Shown here: positions 38,158 through 51,136 of the stretch, one piece after another
Layout: every line of letters starts with the position of its first letter
Numbering within the stretch: position 1 is the stretch's first letter
Assembly (NCBI RefSeq): GCF_964204645.1
Contig: NC_134031.1
Span: 13,503,807-13,567,806 of the forward strand
Direction of reading: 5' to 3'
DNA length: 64,000 nt
Source of the DNA: Tubulanus polymorphus
Taxonomy: Eukaryota > Animalia > Nemertea
Made by a program: the position numbers and the translations under genes
Notes under the pieces: generated by a model
What the model saw: only the letters and a program-made list of their open reading frames with translations
What the model was told of the DNA's origin: nothing
The model's database searches: none

Positions 38158-38631
38158 TTTAATACTAAAATTTTTATTAAAATTGATTTTAGAAGTTATT
38201 CATTTATATTTTATTCATATATATGAATATTTTAAGAGTAATAGGGATGATAGGCTTTCGGGTTAAAGGTTGAATGGTCGAGTTCATTAAAAACATATAT
38301 TAAAAGTAATTTAAAACTATAATATATTTTCATAACCGTGTGTATTTCAGTTGAATAATAGAATAATTATTATCATTTGAATATATTTGATTATATGAAT
38401 TTGTGTATTGTAAATAAATCAATTGGTCGCGGAGCGGAGCGGTAGCGAAGTGGTGATTTAATACAATATGCTTTTTAAATTATTGATATCTTAGAATAAA
38501 TATTTAGTTTTTAATATAAAATGCACACGGTTATGAAAATATATTATAGTTTTTAATTACTTTAAATGATTTGTTTTTTAATGAGCTCGACCGTTCGACC
38601 TTTGATCTGAAAGCCTATTATCCCTATTACT
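38044..38631 (-). repeat. Right TIR (588 bp); 38237-38631 is an imperfect palindrome
   Basis: Reverse complement of the left TIR, lacking AGCGACCAAT at ~38453. Confidence 0.93.
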
Positions 38632-40283
38632 GATGCCATAGCGATCACCCCCCTGCACCATCTCCGCAATCATCCAATCGTCATCAAAATCACCCAGTCA
38701 TTTATTCAACAAGTTATACAGCTGTCGTTGTCCAAGTAAAGAATGCATGGTAAGTAGTGCAATGGTGTGGGAACATATTCCATCCGTTTGTTTTGATTCG
38801 GTAGTCTTTTTGGCGTGATTCGAAGACCCGCCGGTTGTAATTAGTTACCTAATCGTTGGTGGTAAGCTTTTATAATCGGATGGGACTATTTTTCGAAACG
38901 TCAGTAAAAGTCTTTCATATTACTTTATAAGGCGTTTCGACAAATTTGACAGTGTCACATAATCGATGTAATAGGAAGATATATCATTGGCATTTCACAA
39001 GTGAGTGTTGTATGAAATAAAAGTTTTAAAATTTAATGCATTGAAATTACGTTTATTTCTGATTTATTGCAAAATAACCACCAAAAAACACAGAGATACT
39101 TTATCAATAACCCCAGGAACTGTATCCGAAGCCCATCGGCGAGTCCCTGTGAATAAGCGTTTAGTTTGGCTTCCGTGAAACCTTGAGTTAATAAATTCAT
39201 TTCTATTACATATATTCCATGTAGACATCATATCTCTCCCTTACGTTTCTCAGTCTTACGTTCATATTTGTATTCTAATAAAACATATTGGTATCATGAG
39301 GGCCCCAACGATACCTTTATTGAAATTTGTAACAGACTACGCGATTTGAGAAAATTCGACGTTTTTCATTGTTTTGCATTCTGACACCCTTATTTGCATA
39401 CCAGGAATTTTATTTATTTTTATTATTTCACGTCCTGGCCCAAACACCAGCGACCATAGATAATGACGATGAAGAAGGCGACGGCGTCGATGATTTTAAA
39501 GCAATTTAAAAATTTTTTAATCTACTACATCTATGTATTTGCATGAAACTGCACAACCTGATAAAAAAGAACTGTAGGCTAAAACGTAGGTATGTACGCA
39601 GTGGACAATAGAAGACCATTCCATGAGTTCTAGAATATAGCTGCAAAGCAGCGACGGGTTTTCTGCCTAGCAGTATCATTTATATGGATATTACAAATAG
39701 GAATTTATAACTGTTTATTGTCGGGGTTTCGACCCAGATATGACATTTACGTCATTGTATTATATTGCAATAAGACCCTACAAATTACCCTACAATTATT
39801 AATATGAATAGGCACTATGAGACTATTCGATAAAAGTTAACTTGAATCGACGTTCATCGCATTCAAACCCAAAAAAGCGATTTCTAATTTTCTGGAGGTG
39901 AAACCAAATTCGAACCCAATGATGACTAGCACTGTCGGACATAAAAAGCTATTTGAAATATTTTTGATTCCGAAATAGAATCTGTTGTAAATGCAAATCT
40001 TTTATTTAAATGATCGAGATAATACGAGTTCCTAGTCATATACTCGATACGAAACGTGACATATTCGCATTCTATACATGCAGTATATAACATTTGGCCC
40101 AAGTGTAGCGGGGTAATAGTGCAAGGATGTAGGAACATATTCCATACGTAGGTAGTAATTCTTCTTCACTTCAGCGTGATTCGAAGACCCACCGACTGTT
40201 CACATGTGGCATGATATACTGGGTGACTGGTCGGCTGGATGTCCGGGTGACTGGATTACGTAATGACTAGTCAACTGGATGAC

Positions 40284-40860
40284 ATTACCACCATCCCCAT
40301 CTTCTCGATCACATCCGGCATAGATACCATCCCCACCATTATCTCCATCACCTTCCCCGGCATCACCATCTTCGCCACCGCCTCCAGCATCGCCAACATC
40401 ATCATCTCTATCACCAGCATCATCTCCAACATCACTACTATCATCACCACCATATGCACCATTACATTCTGCAGTATCACCAGCGTCACCATAATAACCA
40501 CCATCACCTTTTCCATCATCACCCTCCTCACCACCAGCATTGGCTTCTCCAGCACCACCACCTTTCCAGCATCACTACCATTATCACCACCATCATCATT
40601 ATCTACACTTGACCTCCTCCAGCACCATCAACCCCACCATCATCTCAAGCACTGGCATCACCTTCTCTAGCGCATCACCATCACTAGCATCACCACCAAC
40701 TCCCACGTCACCGCCTTCACCTCCAGCATCATCACCTCCAGAATTACCATCATCTCCACCATCTTCTCCACCATTATTACCAGCACCACCACCATCTCTG
40801 CCATCATATCCATCATCACAATCACCATCATCTGCACCATCGCCCGATCTCCTTCCTCAT
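40284..40860. repeat. Degenerate (CAC/CAT)n low-complexity tract
   Basis: Trinucleotide-rich; yields Thr/Ile-, His- and Pro/Ser-rich ORFs in several frames. Confidence 0.85.
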
Positions 40861-42077
40861 GACTATCAATTCAAGAAGAACTGTTTGCACCGATAAAGGG
40901 CACAAAATAGCATTAGACTTACAGCATTCTATTTTTCTCATTTATGTGGACTTAGTTTTATAGATGAAATGATTGAGAGAAAAATGAGGTCATATTTGTA
41001 AAAATCGGCGCATAAACAAGCGTAATAATAACCGTAACAATCAGTAAAAATGCAGTGTTCAATGAGTTTACTTGTAACCCGCAATAGTTTACTTCAGGAA
41101 TTACCTTGGCTACAACGTTTCAACAATGGTAATCCGTCGTTCGATTTGTTGTGAAATTCCATATTTGTATGCCTCCGATAAAGTAATAACAGGCAGTTAG
41201 TTATCTCTTCCGTCAAAATGATGACTGGATATTTTACGGTGGGAATATACAATTTCTGATACATTCCAATGGTTATTTAAAGTTGTTGCCTAGCAACTAC
41301 AACAATGATAATTCAGATGGAGATACAGGATGGTAGACATTTGATGATTTCAGATTGTGGGACACAATAAACAACTCTTATACTTGTTTCTTCACATATC
41401 GCATTTATGATGTTTATACAACAAGCAAGATATAGCCTAAGCAAAACTGCAGTATTGAAAGTAATTGAATAAATGTAGTACCGTCTGCTCAGCTTCCTTA
41501 TCCGTCTGATCCGTGTCGATAACTTTATCAAGTGATCCAAAATATAGTAATAGATAACTAGTAAGCCACGATTGGTTCAAGATCTGTTTTTATGAGGTTA
41601 AATATTGAACTGATTATCGTTTTCCTTGTACGTAGGAGCCTTCGGAAATATAACAACTTTCCTGGATAAATCGCGGATTGCGCAGTTTATGTTACGCCAC
41701 CAGTGGGGTAGCTTAATATCGAGAAGATTCGTAGGAGCCGGGTCTGACTATTTCACTTGGCTCTGGATGACCTTTATATCAAACTTAGAAAGTTCCAAAA
41801 AATAACAACGAAAATAGGGATTCGACCTCAAAAACATCTCAGAGTGTAAGCCAACTGAGCCACGAAGCCGAAATGCCTATCTGTGATCCTAATCCTAACC
41901 ATACACCTTACCCGCTACCTTACTGTAATTCTAACTCTAAACCTACCCCCCCCCCCCCTGGGACCTCTAAACCCCAACCCCCTGGACCCTCTAGACCCTA
42001 CGTAAATCCGATTGAAAAAGCCGCTATTTCTAAAGGTCATCCTGAGCCATGTGAAATAGTCAAACCCGTGTTGACCA

Positions 42078-42256
42078 AGTACAATCAATCGACAATCAGG
42101 ATTGTAGACATTGTAGACGAGTAACGGGCCGACAACCATGATTGGAGACATTGTCGGAGTACGATCGGTCGACAATCAGGATTATAGAAATTGTCGACGA
42201 GTGTAATCGGTCGACAAATCAGGATTGTAGACATTGTCGATGAGTACAATCGGTCG
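42078..42256. repeat. ~40-bp minisatellite (4-5 units)
   Basis: GTACAATCGGTCGACAATCAGGATTGTAGACATTGTCGACGA repeated. Confidence 0.8.
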
Positions 42257-43344
42257 CGTATCCGGATTACGCATTTTTATTGCGTAACTTTGAGCGGGGC
42301 CCTTTTCCACTTCATACTGGACTTAAACCAGAAAATCATTGCATAAACCATATATTAGATTGCACGATTAATGCTGGCTAATAGTTTTTAGCCGAAACGT
42401 CGCTCAAATATATACATACATTTCTATTCAAGAACTTTGCATTTTTGGCTGAATTATTGTGGGATTTCTCGCGTTTATCCATCATACACGGATATTTTGT
42501 ATCTTATCGACTTAACTTTGCAGCTGTATTTCATACTTTAATCTTTTCTTGAAAATATCATCAATTTGAATTAAAAACTGTGTATATTATTAGTGTAAAT
42601 GTCAATAATACTTTGTATTACATTCACTGACTTATAGACAGCACACAGACTTATAGTTCCCGTCTAAACCTAGAAACTGTGCGTAACTACGAAACAACAT
42701 ATGACTTCGTTCCCACTACTAGAAATAACCTAACTACTTGTATACTGCAACCGTATATAGCTCATATCTTTTTATCCGCTCCTCCACGTCATCTTCTCCG
42801 CTACTCAATTTTCAATGAATATATATTTAATCGAACAAAATCTCAGCAACCTGAGGTGATATACAAACTTACTTTCTGTATTTCAACAGGTAGGCTGAAG
42901 GTCATCTTATGGAATGTTTTGAATAACAGTGGCAGAAGAAAACAAAATGTAGTAACCTGAATGCTAAATGTTTGGGGGGGGGGGGGACTGGAAATGTAGG
43001 ACAAGGAAGGACGAGCCCCTCGTTTCAATATATAAAAGAATCTTGCGCGGCTAATAAAACTCAGGCGAAAACCATAAGCGGATAAACCTATAAACAATAT
43101 CGTCTGGGAAGTAGGTCTCAAGGCTCATTTCCAAATACGAATACACCCGATATAGGGGTATTTCGTATTTCATTGCAGTACGTTGTAGTACATTATGTAC
43201 ATTGTAGTTATGTAATAATAGGCCAGCGAGATGACGACGGTTGTTGCTCCTGAACGACGACGCGAGCGTTATAAACGCCTGCGTACGTTCACATTACAGT
43301 TTTCCATCAGTGACAATCCCGCTTTATGATTTACAAAAAAACAA

Positions 43345-43608
43345 ATGTTTCTCTACAAAGCGAAATTGCTGGTAGCCATCATGAGCATCACAATTGATTT
43401 TTCTATTGCTCCAGCCCCGCACGTGCCCACTCAACAGGTGAAGAAAAAACAATTATATTTAGCCGGATTCGCTTCGATTGATATCGACAGCGAAGGATGG
43501 TCGTCTGCAGGTTGTATTCCCGCTATTAAGTTAGCCCTACAAGATGTGAACGAGCGAATTGATATCTTACAAGGATACGAATTGAAATGGACAGTGAAAG
43601 ACACAAAG
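43345..43608 (+). CDS. GABA-B-receptor-like class C GPCR (Venus flytrap domain), exon 1
   Basis: Signal-like N-terminus then LYLAGF...GWSSAGCIPAIKLALQDVNERIDILQGYELKWTVKDTK; GTAAGT donor. Confidence 0.88.
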
Positions 43609-46267
43609 GTAAGTCGCTGTATCATTTTCTATTCCGAGGACTAATTTCAAAAATCAAAACATGGACACAAGTTTGAGATATTGTTATATGGACATAAAAT
43701 ATTGCCTCAAAATCAGATCTAAATAATAAAAAGCGCAAATTTAAAAGCTACAGGGAAGCACCACCATTGAAAAATATTGGAGTGAATAAGGTCAATGGTA
43801 AAACTCTTTTTTTATAATATATGAATACCATGTTTGTGGTTAACTCACGTTCCAGAATCTCAATTTATCATGTATAAGAAAATGATAAAGTAAGACAAAC
43901 ACTAAAAATATTATTATAGGTAACCGCCATTTTTATTTTAAAGCCGGTCGTATTGACCGTGATGCAGCTTTTAATGTAATAGGTAAGTGTTACTTCAGTT
44001 CCGATAAAGGAAGTAAAAAGGAAACCGAGCTAATACCAGAGAGGGCAACTCGAGAATTATGTTGGTAAAACTCGAAAATTAAACGTATACGCAATTTCAC
44101 AAAAATAGAAAATAGTCCTGGTCACCATGTAAACGTGTTTTCTACGATACCACTACGATTTTCCCATTCTGATTTTTTTGGTGGATTTTTGGAAATATGT
44201 TAATTCTAGAAAGGAACGAATTGCCCTCCATCAAACGTCTTCTAAATCTGAGATGCTCACTGCCAATATCTTAAATAACTAAATTTAATTACAATTTTTT
44301 TGAATCTTCAGGCCCTACCATCGAAATGTTTCACGTATGGGTCAGTTTTGTCAGAATTTATTGTACTGACTGTCATGATCTGTTATTCTCGTATAATGAG
44401 CACCGCAGATAAACATGCTATGCCGTATCCAACATTGTTTCCCATTAGCAGCATCTACTATATAATTTTTTTACTGAAAATCATCTACACTGCAAATCTC
44501 TGGTATCTATGGTATGCTTTTTTTCATTTCGTTGCCGTTGTCATACAAAAGATAATGCATGTGGCCGTTTTCAGCCGCCATAATTTACAGTTACCGCATG
44601 GGCATGGCATGACACGGGAACGACACTCAACCTTCACCTTATTAAGAGAATAACCAAGTGAACGATTCCTTCAATTGACATACCGTTAATTGATATTTAA
44701 ACGTAAGGTTTGATCTGAAAAATCGGAGTAAATCGGCTTCGAATTAAGTTAAGTCGACTACATTGAATCCGATGGATCGGTAAATCGCATTAACCATCCA
44801 AAGTACGGAGAGTGGGCCGCTGTAAAAAAACAGACTCTCGAAGGAATTAGGTGTTAACTGATTTCGATTTGGAGTCAGGACAAAACGTGGGGTAGCATGG
44901 TGCCCCATTGGGGTACTGTATTGGGGCACTGTATTGGGGCACCTTGCTGTATGTGCTTTTTAAAGAATGTGATTTTACACCCACAGTGGAAGTAAACTTC
45001 ATAGTAAAAACAAAAATCTATTTTGATTTAAGACGCATATTGAAAGTATGCTCTCAGCAAAACCATCAGTCTAATACGGTTGCAATGGGGTCGTTTTATA
45101 TTCTGCGATGCAGCTACAACGGGTTCGAGTCTATGGATTTCGTCATTTTTATGTGCATCGATAACTTTTTTCAGAACATTTCCTCGTGCGATAGAAATAT
45201 TGTGGCTTTAGCGATCCTGTCCCACACGTTCACATTTTTAGTTAATCGGGATCTGTAAAATTTCAATTCAATATCTTACGAATGATGACGGTCATTGATT
45301 AATTTTTTTATCGCTTCAAAAGTTTATCATACGATTTTATCGAAACATGACAGTAAGTTATCCTATCAACATAATTCGATTTAATCGTCCATATGGAATG
45401 TGAAGACAAGCGTGGTCGGTAGCAAATTATTGTATGAAAATGCATAAATATGAAGTTTTGCGATCCCCCAATCTACTACCCCCATTGGGGTACCTCGAAA
45501 CTAACCCTAACGAACCCATGAATAACATTGCCGATCTGACTCATTCATATACAGTACTCCATCCCTCCCACCTCCCTGCTGAGACAAATGACGGAGATAC
45601 AACTCCTGTATATTTAGAACTATACCGTCATAGGTTAATAGTTCGCCCGAAGAGGCGACGTTTGATGAGAAACCCAAAGAGGTTATTTTGCCCAAAGAGG
45701 CGAAGATGATGAATCCATAAACTTAGTTATTTCGTTAGACGAGGTTATTTTTTACGTTGACATTTTTCGTCATAGCTTTGGAGAGACCTGTCCGGTAAAT
45801 TTTCTCACAAAATGGCACGTATCGATACTCGTCGTTTGTGCCATAGACTTACGTTGTGCGATTAGTGCAATTTAAAACTTACCAATCAGAGGTTAAACGT
45901 CGGGATACGATTTCCGTGAAACGTTCAAGTTATGTAGTAATTAGTTTCTGCTGTTTTGTAGAAGCTCTATCACAAGTCCCGTGTTCATTTTTCTTCCACC
46001 CAAGAAACATAAAAAAGAACAATTTCTGCGTCAATTCTTCATGAAATTTTTCAGAATGTGTTCAGCTCTGTAATTGTCACAAAATGACAAATAAGAATTT
46101 TCGACAAACCCATCCGATCGTTCCCTAGGGGCATTTTACATTTTGAATTTTAGGGGTTCAAATTGTGTGAGATTCATTTTTTTGAGATTTCAACTTGATG
46201 TCAGCGAGAAAACTATTCCTAAGAACAAAAGTTAAATTATTTTTCAGCTGTGACCCCTTTCTAGGAC

Positions 46268-46688
46268 CATCCTCCCACGGCAGGGATTCGAACCTGATGG
46301 CATCGCTACACTTAGCACGGTACGAACCCCTGCCACAGTAGACCGGGTGCGCAGGTACATGCTCAGCTTTGCCGCGCGAAAACTTGCGGCCCCAATCAGA
46401 TCGCTTGTTGTAATATCGCTTAGGTAAATTTCACGGACGAACTGTAAATGGGGAAACCCCGGCTAAAATAAAACGGGATATTTAATTGGGTCATAATGAC
46501 ATCATCTAAGCTGCGCGTGTAGCTACGCACTCGGTCTAGTGTGGCAGTAGACTGGTCGCCTGCCCAATTCTGCATTCGCAGTCAGAATCTAACTGAAGGT
46601 AGAGACCGGCAACCAGTCTAGTGTGGCAGGGTTTCGTACCGTGGCAATCTCGATGCCATCAGATTCGAATCCCTGTCGGGCGAGGATG
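46268..46688. mobile_element. Second copy (inverted) of the MITE at 3257-3580, with a nested 73-bp insert
   Basis: Perfect 9-bp TSD TTCTAGGAC; same TIRs and internal sequence. Confidence 0.85.
46548..46620. mobile_element. 73-bp micro-MITE with 9-bp TSD
   Basis: GTGTGGCAG|TAGACTGGTCGCC...GGCAACCAGTCTA|GTGTGGCAG; absent from the 3257 copy. Confidence 0.8.
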
Positions 46689-48639
46689 TTCTAGGACTAA
46701 CCGTTTGGGCCATAGTTATCAAATTCATGAAGCATTTCTAAGCCTATACAACTTAATCTAATGGTATTACAAACCTATACAAATGACTTAAGACCCACCG
46801 ACCAAATAATTTTTTGTTTTCGATTGACTAAATCGCTTAAAGAAATAGAGTGTCTAATATAATTAAAGGGTTATCCAGACACTCAAAATTCAAGGGCACT
46901 GGAATGTAATATTTTGAATAAACGACTGCTAGAAACCTTTTTAACAAAGTGCAATAGGAAAAAAGGCGTATTAAAACTTGCCAGTAGATGATACAGTTAT
47001 AGAATCAGATGATGCAATATTGCAAACAGGCATTACTTACGTACTGGAAATATAAAAAACAAATGATTATTTCTTTAGATTAAGTTGAATAGGCTTAGAA
47101 ATGCTTCATGAATATTGTGAATGAATATACTTAATTAGCAGACCTACTTTTGAGATACTTGGGATATACATGCAAGAATATATTTGTTATCGTGAATTAA
47201 ACAATCCATGTGTCATAGTCAATCTGGTTAATCATAATTCGCATGAATGTTAGAAAGAAAGATAATCATGATTTGATTTTTCTATTGTAAATGACATGGT
47301 TTCTAATTGCAAATTGATTTGGAAAGGTTCTTGTTTAACTAATCGTGCGATTACAACACTTCACGAAACCTATTCTATTGCGCATCAAACAAAAGAAGAG
47401 CTTTAATCGCGTGTGGAATTTCGAGCCATCATTCGTGAGTCATGCATGATATTTCTATTTGTCTAGTTAAATCTCGTATATACATGCACTGTATCGAACA
47501 AAACAAATTTTCAGTAATATGAAAAGCTTATTCGTCATTTCTGGTTCGTAAACCAGACTTTTACAGCTCTCAAATTAAGTTCCCTCTTAAATTACTTTCA
47601 CGAATATTCAATTCTGTCATACATAAGTGTAGAATTCAAATTCAAAAAGGGAAATCTGCGCTGAATTACGAAGGGTTGTGTAACGGATAGTTCTCAAAAA
47701 TGAAACGTAGAAAGTATATATTGTGATAACTTAAGTGTTTCTGGTGCTGCTATGGTTCTCCAATTACTTATTAAACGTATATGCAAAGAAATCATTCATT
47801 CAACAACAGAACTATACCATTCACCAGTCACAGAGTTGCCATTTCGCCGCATCAGTTTTGTACCTATAACTTGTATTTCCACCGATATGAGACCAGTGTG
47901 CTAAATTCATCGCGACGCAGTAAGGACCAGCAGCAATCGAGTTGCATATGGGAACGATGTCAATATGGGAATGATGTGAATATCATACCCAAACGGGAAG
48001 AGAAAACCTTAAGACTCACGACAAATGATTAGGCCTACATTAATTTCTTGTTAACAATAGATGCGTTCTGGCGAAATGTTTCCCCCAGATTTAGAAAATA
48101 ACATACCAAATGAGGAATTCCCATTGACTGAAATTTCAAACAAATATATACGTACATACAACAACCCGCAGATAGAAAGATTAGTGAAAGATTGGAAACT
48201 TATTCACAATAGCCTCGCCGGAAGCGTGCAGATTCCATCGATATCTTCGCCCAGTGCACTAATGTTAGATCTCGTTTAAATCAATAAAACCATTATTAGA
48301 CTAATTGCAGGACAATACATGCATTCAGGAAAAAAAGAAATGATGTTTGGCCTCGGTGTGAACCAAACACCAGACACAGAGACTCGGAGAGTTAATCTTA
48401 CATAGGCTACTAAGCGTAGGTAATCGGTTAACTCATTGCGCACGTTAATATAGATGACGAAATCCCAACATTTTTCTTATGAATTCATTCAATTTTGTTT
48501 TTTTTCAACCAGCGGTCATTCAATTCCGTTTTTCACGGAATTAAATCATTCTTGATTTGATTTTAGTTTTTCGATCGGCGGCCATTTTACTCCGACTTTT
48601 TTTCACGGAAATAAATCATTTTTCTGTGAATTTTTATTT

Positions 48640-49160
48640 GATGAAAACTCTGTAGAGTTTGGAAAATCAAAATGTTTCAATCTATGCTTTTACATTCGTA
48701 GTTGTAACAGAAATTTTGATAAATTTTCATATTTTTGCGAAATTTAAAAGCATACTTTTCTATTTTCGGGTTTACGGAAACCTGGACGAGCGAACTGCAC
48801 GATAATGGTAGGTTGTACAGTCTCCCAGGTATGAAAAGTGTTTTTAAGAGTAGAATTAATTGTCAGGGAAGAGGTTTGGCCCTACTTTTTAAAGAAAGTT
48901 TTAATGTAAAATTTAGACCAAATCTATCTGAAGATAGAAATAATTTTGAATGTCTCTTTACAGAAGTGATTTTTGAAAAAGAAAAAAAATTAATGGCCTT
49001 GATGGCCTTAACGAGATTTCACAAAATTTAGAAGAAAACAAATCAACCATTGGGGTATTCCTAGCTTTATCAAAAGCCTTTGACACAGTTGAAACCTTAT
49101 TAAGAAAATTATGTTTTCATGGATAAGAGGCGTCTCGAACAACTGGTTTGAAAACTAAGT
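48640..49160 (+). mobile_element. Internally deleted non-LTR retrotransposon relic (APE endonuclease joined to an RT fragment)
   Basis: FSIFGFTETW...RGLALLFK (endonuclease) followed by IGVFLALSKAFDTV...LRKLCFHGIRG...NWF (RT). Confidence 0.75.
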
Positions 49161-49443
49161 TCACATCCAGCCGAACCCGAAAATCCCTACCGACCGTATT
49201 AGGATTAGGATAAGGATTTTGTTAACACTCCAACCATTTCTATGGTACATGGAGGGAGACTTATACAAAGTATACAATATTAACAATTAACAGAAAGTAT
49301 AATCTTGTTTTGATAAAATATAGCAAAGTTTTTTAACAATATATACATACACTATTTAAGTAATTGGGAAATGTGGGTTTCAGGCCATAGGACGAGAGGA
49401 CGACACACCACTCATCACCACAAGTAATTTTTTCCCATAATAA

Positions 49444-49762
49444 ATGGGAGATAGAAAAGCATTCTTAGCAACAATAAATAACAGAATAAAACCAACAATT
49501 TTAAATAAAAAAGTTAGTCGATGTTACAAAAGAAATTGAACACAAAATATTGAAATTAGAAAAGTTAAAAACTAAATATGGAGAGAAAGTAACAGCAAAT
49601 TTAAGCTACTGTAATGTTAGTACAACGCGAGAATTTAAAGTATTTTTACCTGATAAATGGGTTTTATTGAGTACAGAGGAATTAAAAGATTTAGAAGGAT
49701 TTCAAATAATTTACCATGGGAAAAATGAAGACGGGCATCATGATTTAGAAGTTGTTGACTAA
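49444..49762 (+). pseudogene. Homolog of 33733-34086 (frameshifted)
   Basis: TKYGEKV...FLPDKW..LSTEELKDL...YHGKNEDGHHDLE. Confidence 0.75.
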
Positions 49763-49924
49763 ATAATTAAGAAATAAAATAATTTAGAAATAATAAAAAA
49801 ATGAATAACAAGAATCCGAAATGACTTATCTGTACAATTCAATTGCTCCGCGTAGATCGACAAAAGTAGTGAGATATTCAATTAATTAAAATAAAATTAT
49901 TTTTTTTGCTTTTTTTCTAAAATA

Positions 49925-50834
49925 TTAATCCATTTTTTTTATTGTGAATTTTGGAATTTCAGAAGTATTTTCATTTTTAATAGCAGTAGTTTCAGAATTA
50001 TTAATATCATAGATTTTATTTGATTTATTATACCAACTACACCCAATCAAAATGAATACAATTACAAATCCAGTTGTAAAATATAAATATCTATCAAATA
50101 TTCTATTACCAGAAGGAATAGAAATAACAATATTTTCACCATTTTCATTAACATCTTTATTATTTATTTTTTCTTTTATCGCTTTTTAAAATTCATATGA
50201 TCTAATACCTAATTGCCGAGACCATTCAATTTGTTTCCGAGTTCTCGGTTTTTTCTTCACAGTTAATCCTTTCACCTCTTCCACTTCGCTCATTTATTGT
50301 AGACAAATTTTTACTTTCAATATTCGAAAATGTTATAACTCCAGTTGATAATAGCGTCATAAATCCACCTAATTGAAATGATAAATATCCAATCCATTTA
50401 TTTAATTCAGTCATAACTAAATGATCATTTTTTAAATTGGAATATAATCTTTTTTCATCTTGAATTGGCAGCACATAATTACATAATTTACTATAACCTT
50501 TTACTACATTTTCTGATATCGCATCATTAATTCTAGCTATTCTCGCAGTTTCATAAATCTTAAATAATTTAATAATTTCATCTGATTTCATTGTATCTAA
50601 TTCATTATAAGTTAAATTTTTACTAATAAAACTTTTACATTTCCCAGATGCTATTAATATTTATAATTGATGTTTGCAATAAAGATAATATTCATAATTA
50701 TTGTTTGTAGTAATATCATTTAAAGCACCATTATAATCTGACGCTAATTTTGTTTCTGTTATACCTAAATCATCCGAAGTTTTTTCAATTGGAACATAAC
50801 TATTTTAAGACTTTATTTTCTTTTCACCTCCCAT
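49925..50834 (-). pseudogene. Homologs of ORF-A (50226-50834) and ORF-B (49925-50293)
   Basis: KIYETARIARINDAIS...LKNDHLVMTELNKWIGYLSFQLG aligns to 23317-23919; same overlapping arrangement. Confidence 0.8.
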
Positions 50835-51136
50835 TTATATAAGAAACAAATTAGTTGCAACTAGAATTCAACTAGAATTTAACTAGAATGTAACTAAAAT
50901 ATACTAGGTTAACAAGCTAGTTGAAATATTGTTGTTTTTATTTATTTTTTGTTGAATTTTATTTGATTTTTGTTTCGACTACCATTAACTAGAATTCAAC
51001 TAGAATGTAACTGAAAATATACTAGATTAACAAGCTAGTCAAAATATTGTTGTTTTTATTTATTATTTTTTTTGTTTCAACTGCCAAAAACTAAAATTTA
51101 ACTAGAATGTGACGAAAATATACTAGATAGTTGAGT

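Larger units (their letters stand above)
20688..38631. mobile_element. Full-length Polinton/Maverick (adintovirus-like) endogenous virus, 17,944 bp
   Basis: 5'-AGTAATAGGG...CCCTATTACT-3' termini; perfect 6-bp TSD GATGCC (20682-20687 and 38632-38637); ~590-bp TIRs; pPolB, integrase, ATPase and capsid genes; strongly AT-rich and gene-dense. Confidence 0.96.

Noticed and set aside
20688-38631. Poxvirus early terminators (TTTTTNT)
   Set aside because: Too frequent by chance in AT-rich DNA to judge by eye; no consistent placement after genes was established.
40263-40896. ORFs of 135, 96 and 118 aa (Thr/Ile-, Met/Val- and Pro/Ser-rich)
   Set aside because: By-products of a CAC/CAT low-complexity tract that is open in several frames; no domain or splice support.
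42078-42256. Regularly spaced repeats, superficially CRISPR-like (also 6760-7960 and 26078-26162)
   Set aside because: No unique spacers, no cas genes and a eukaryotic context; these are ordinary tandem repeats.
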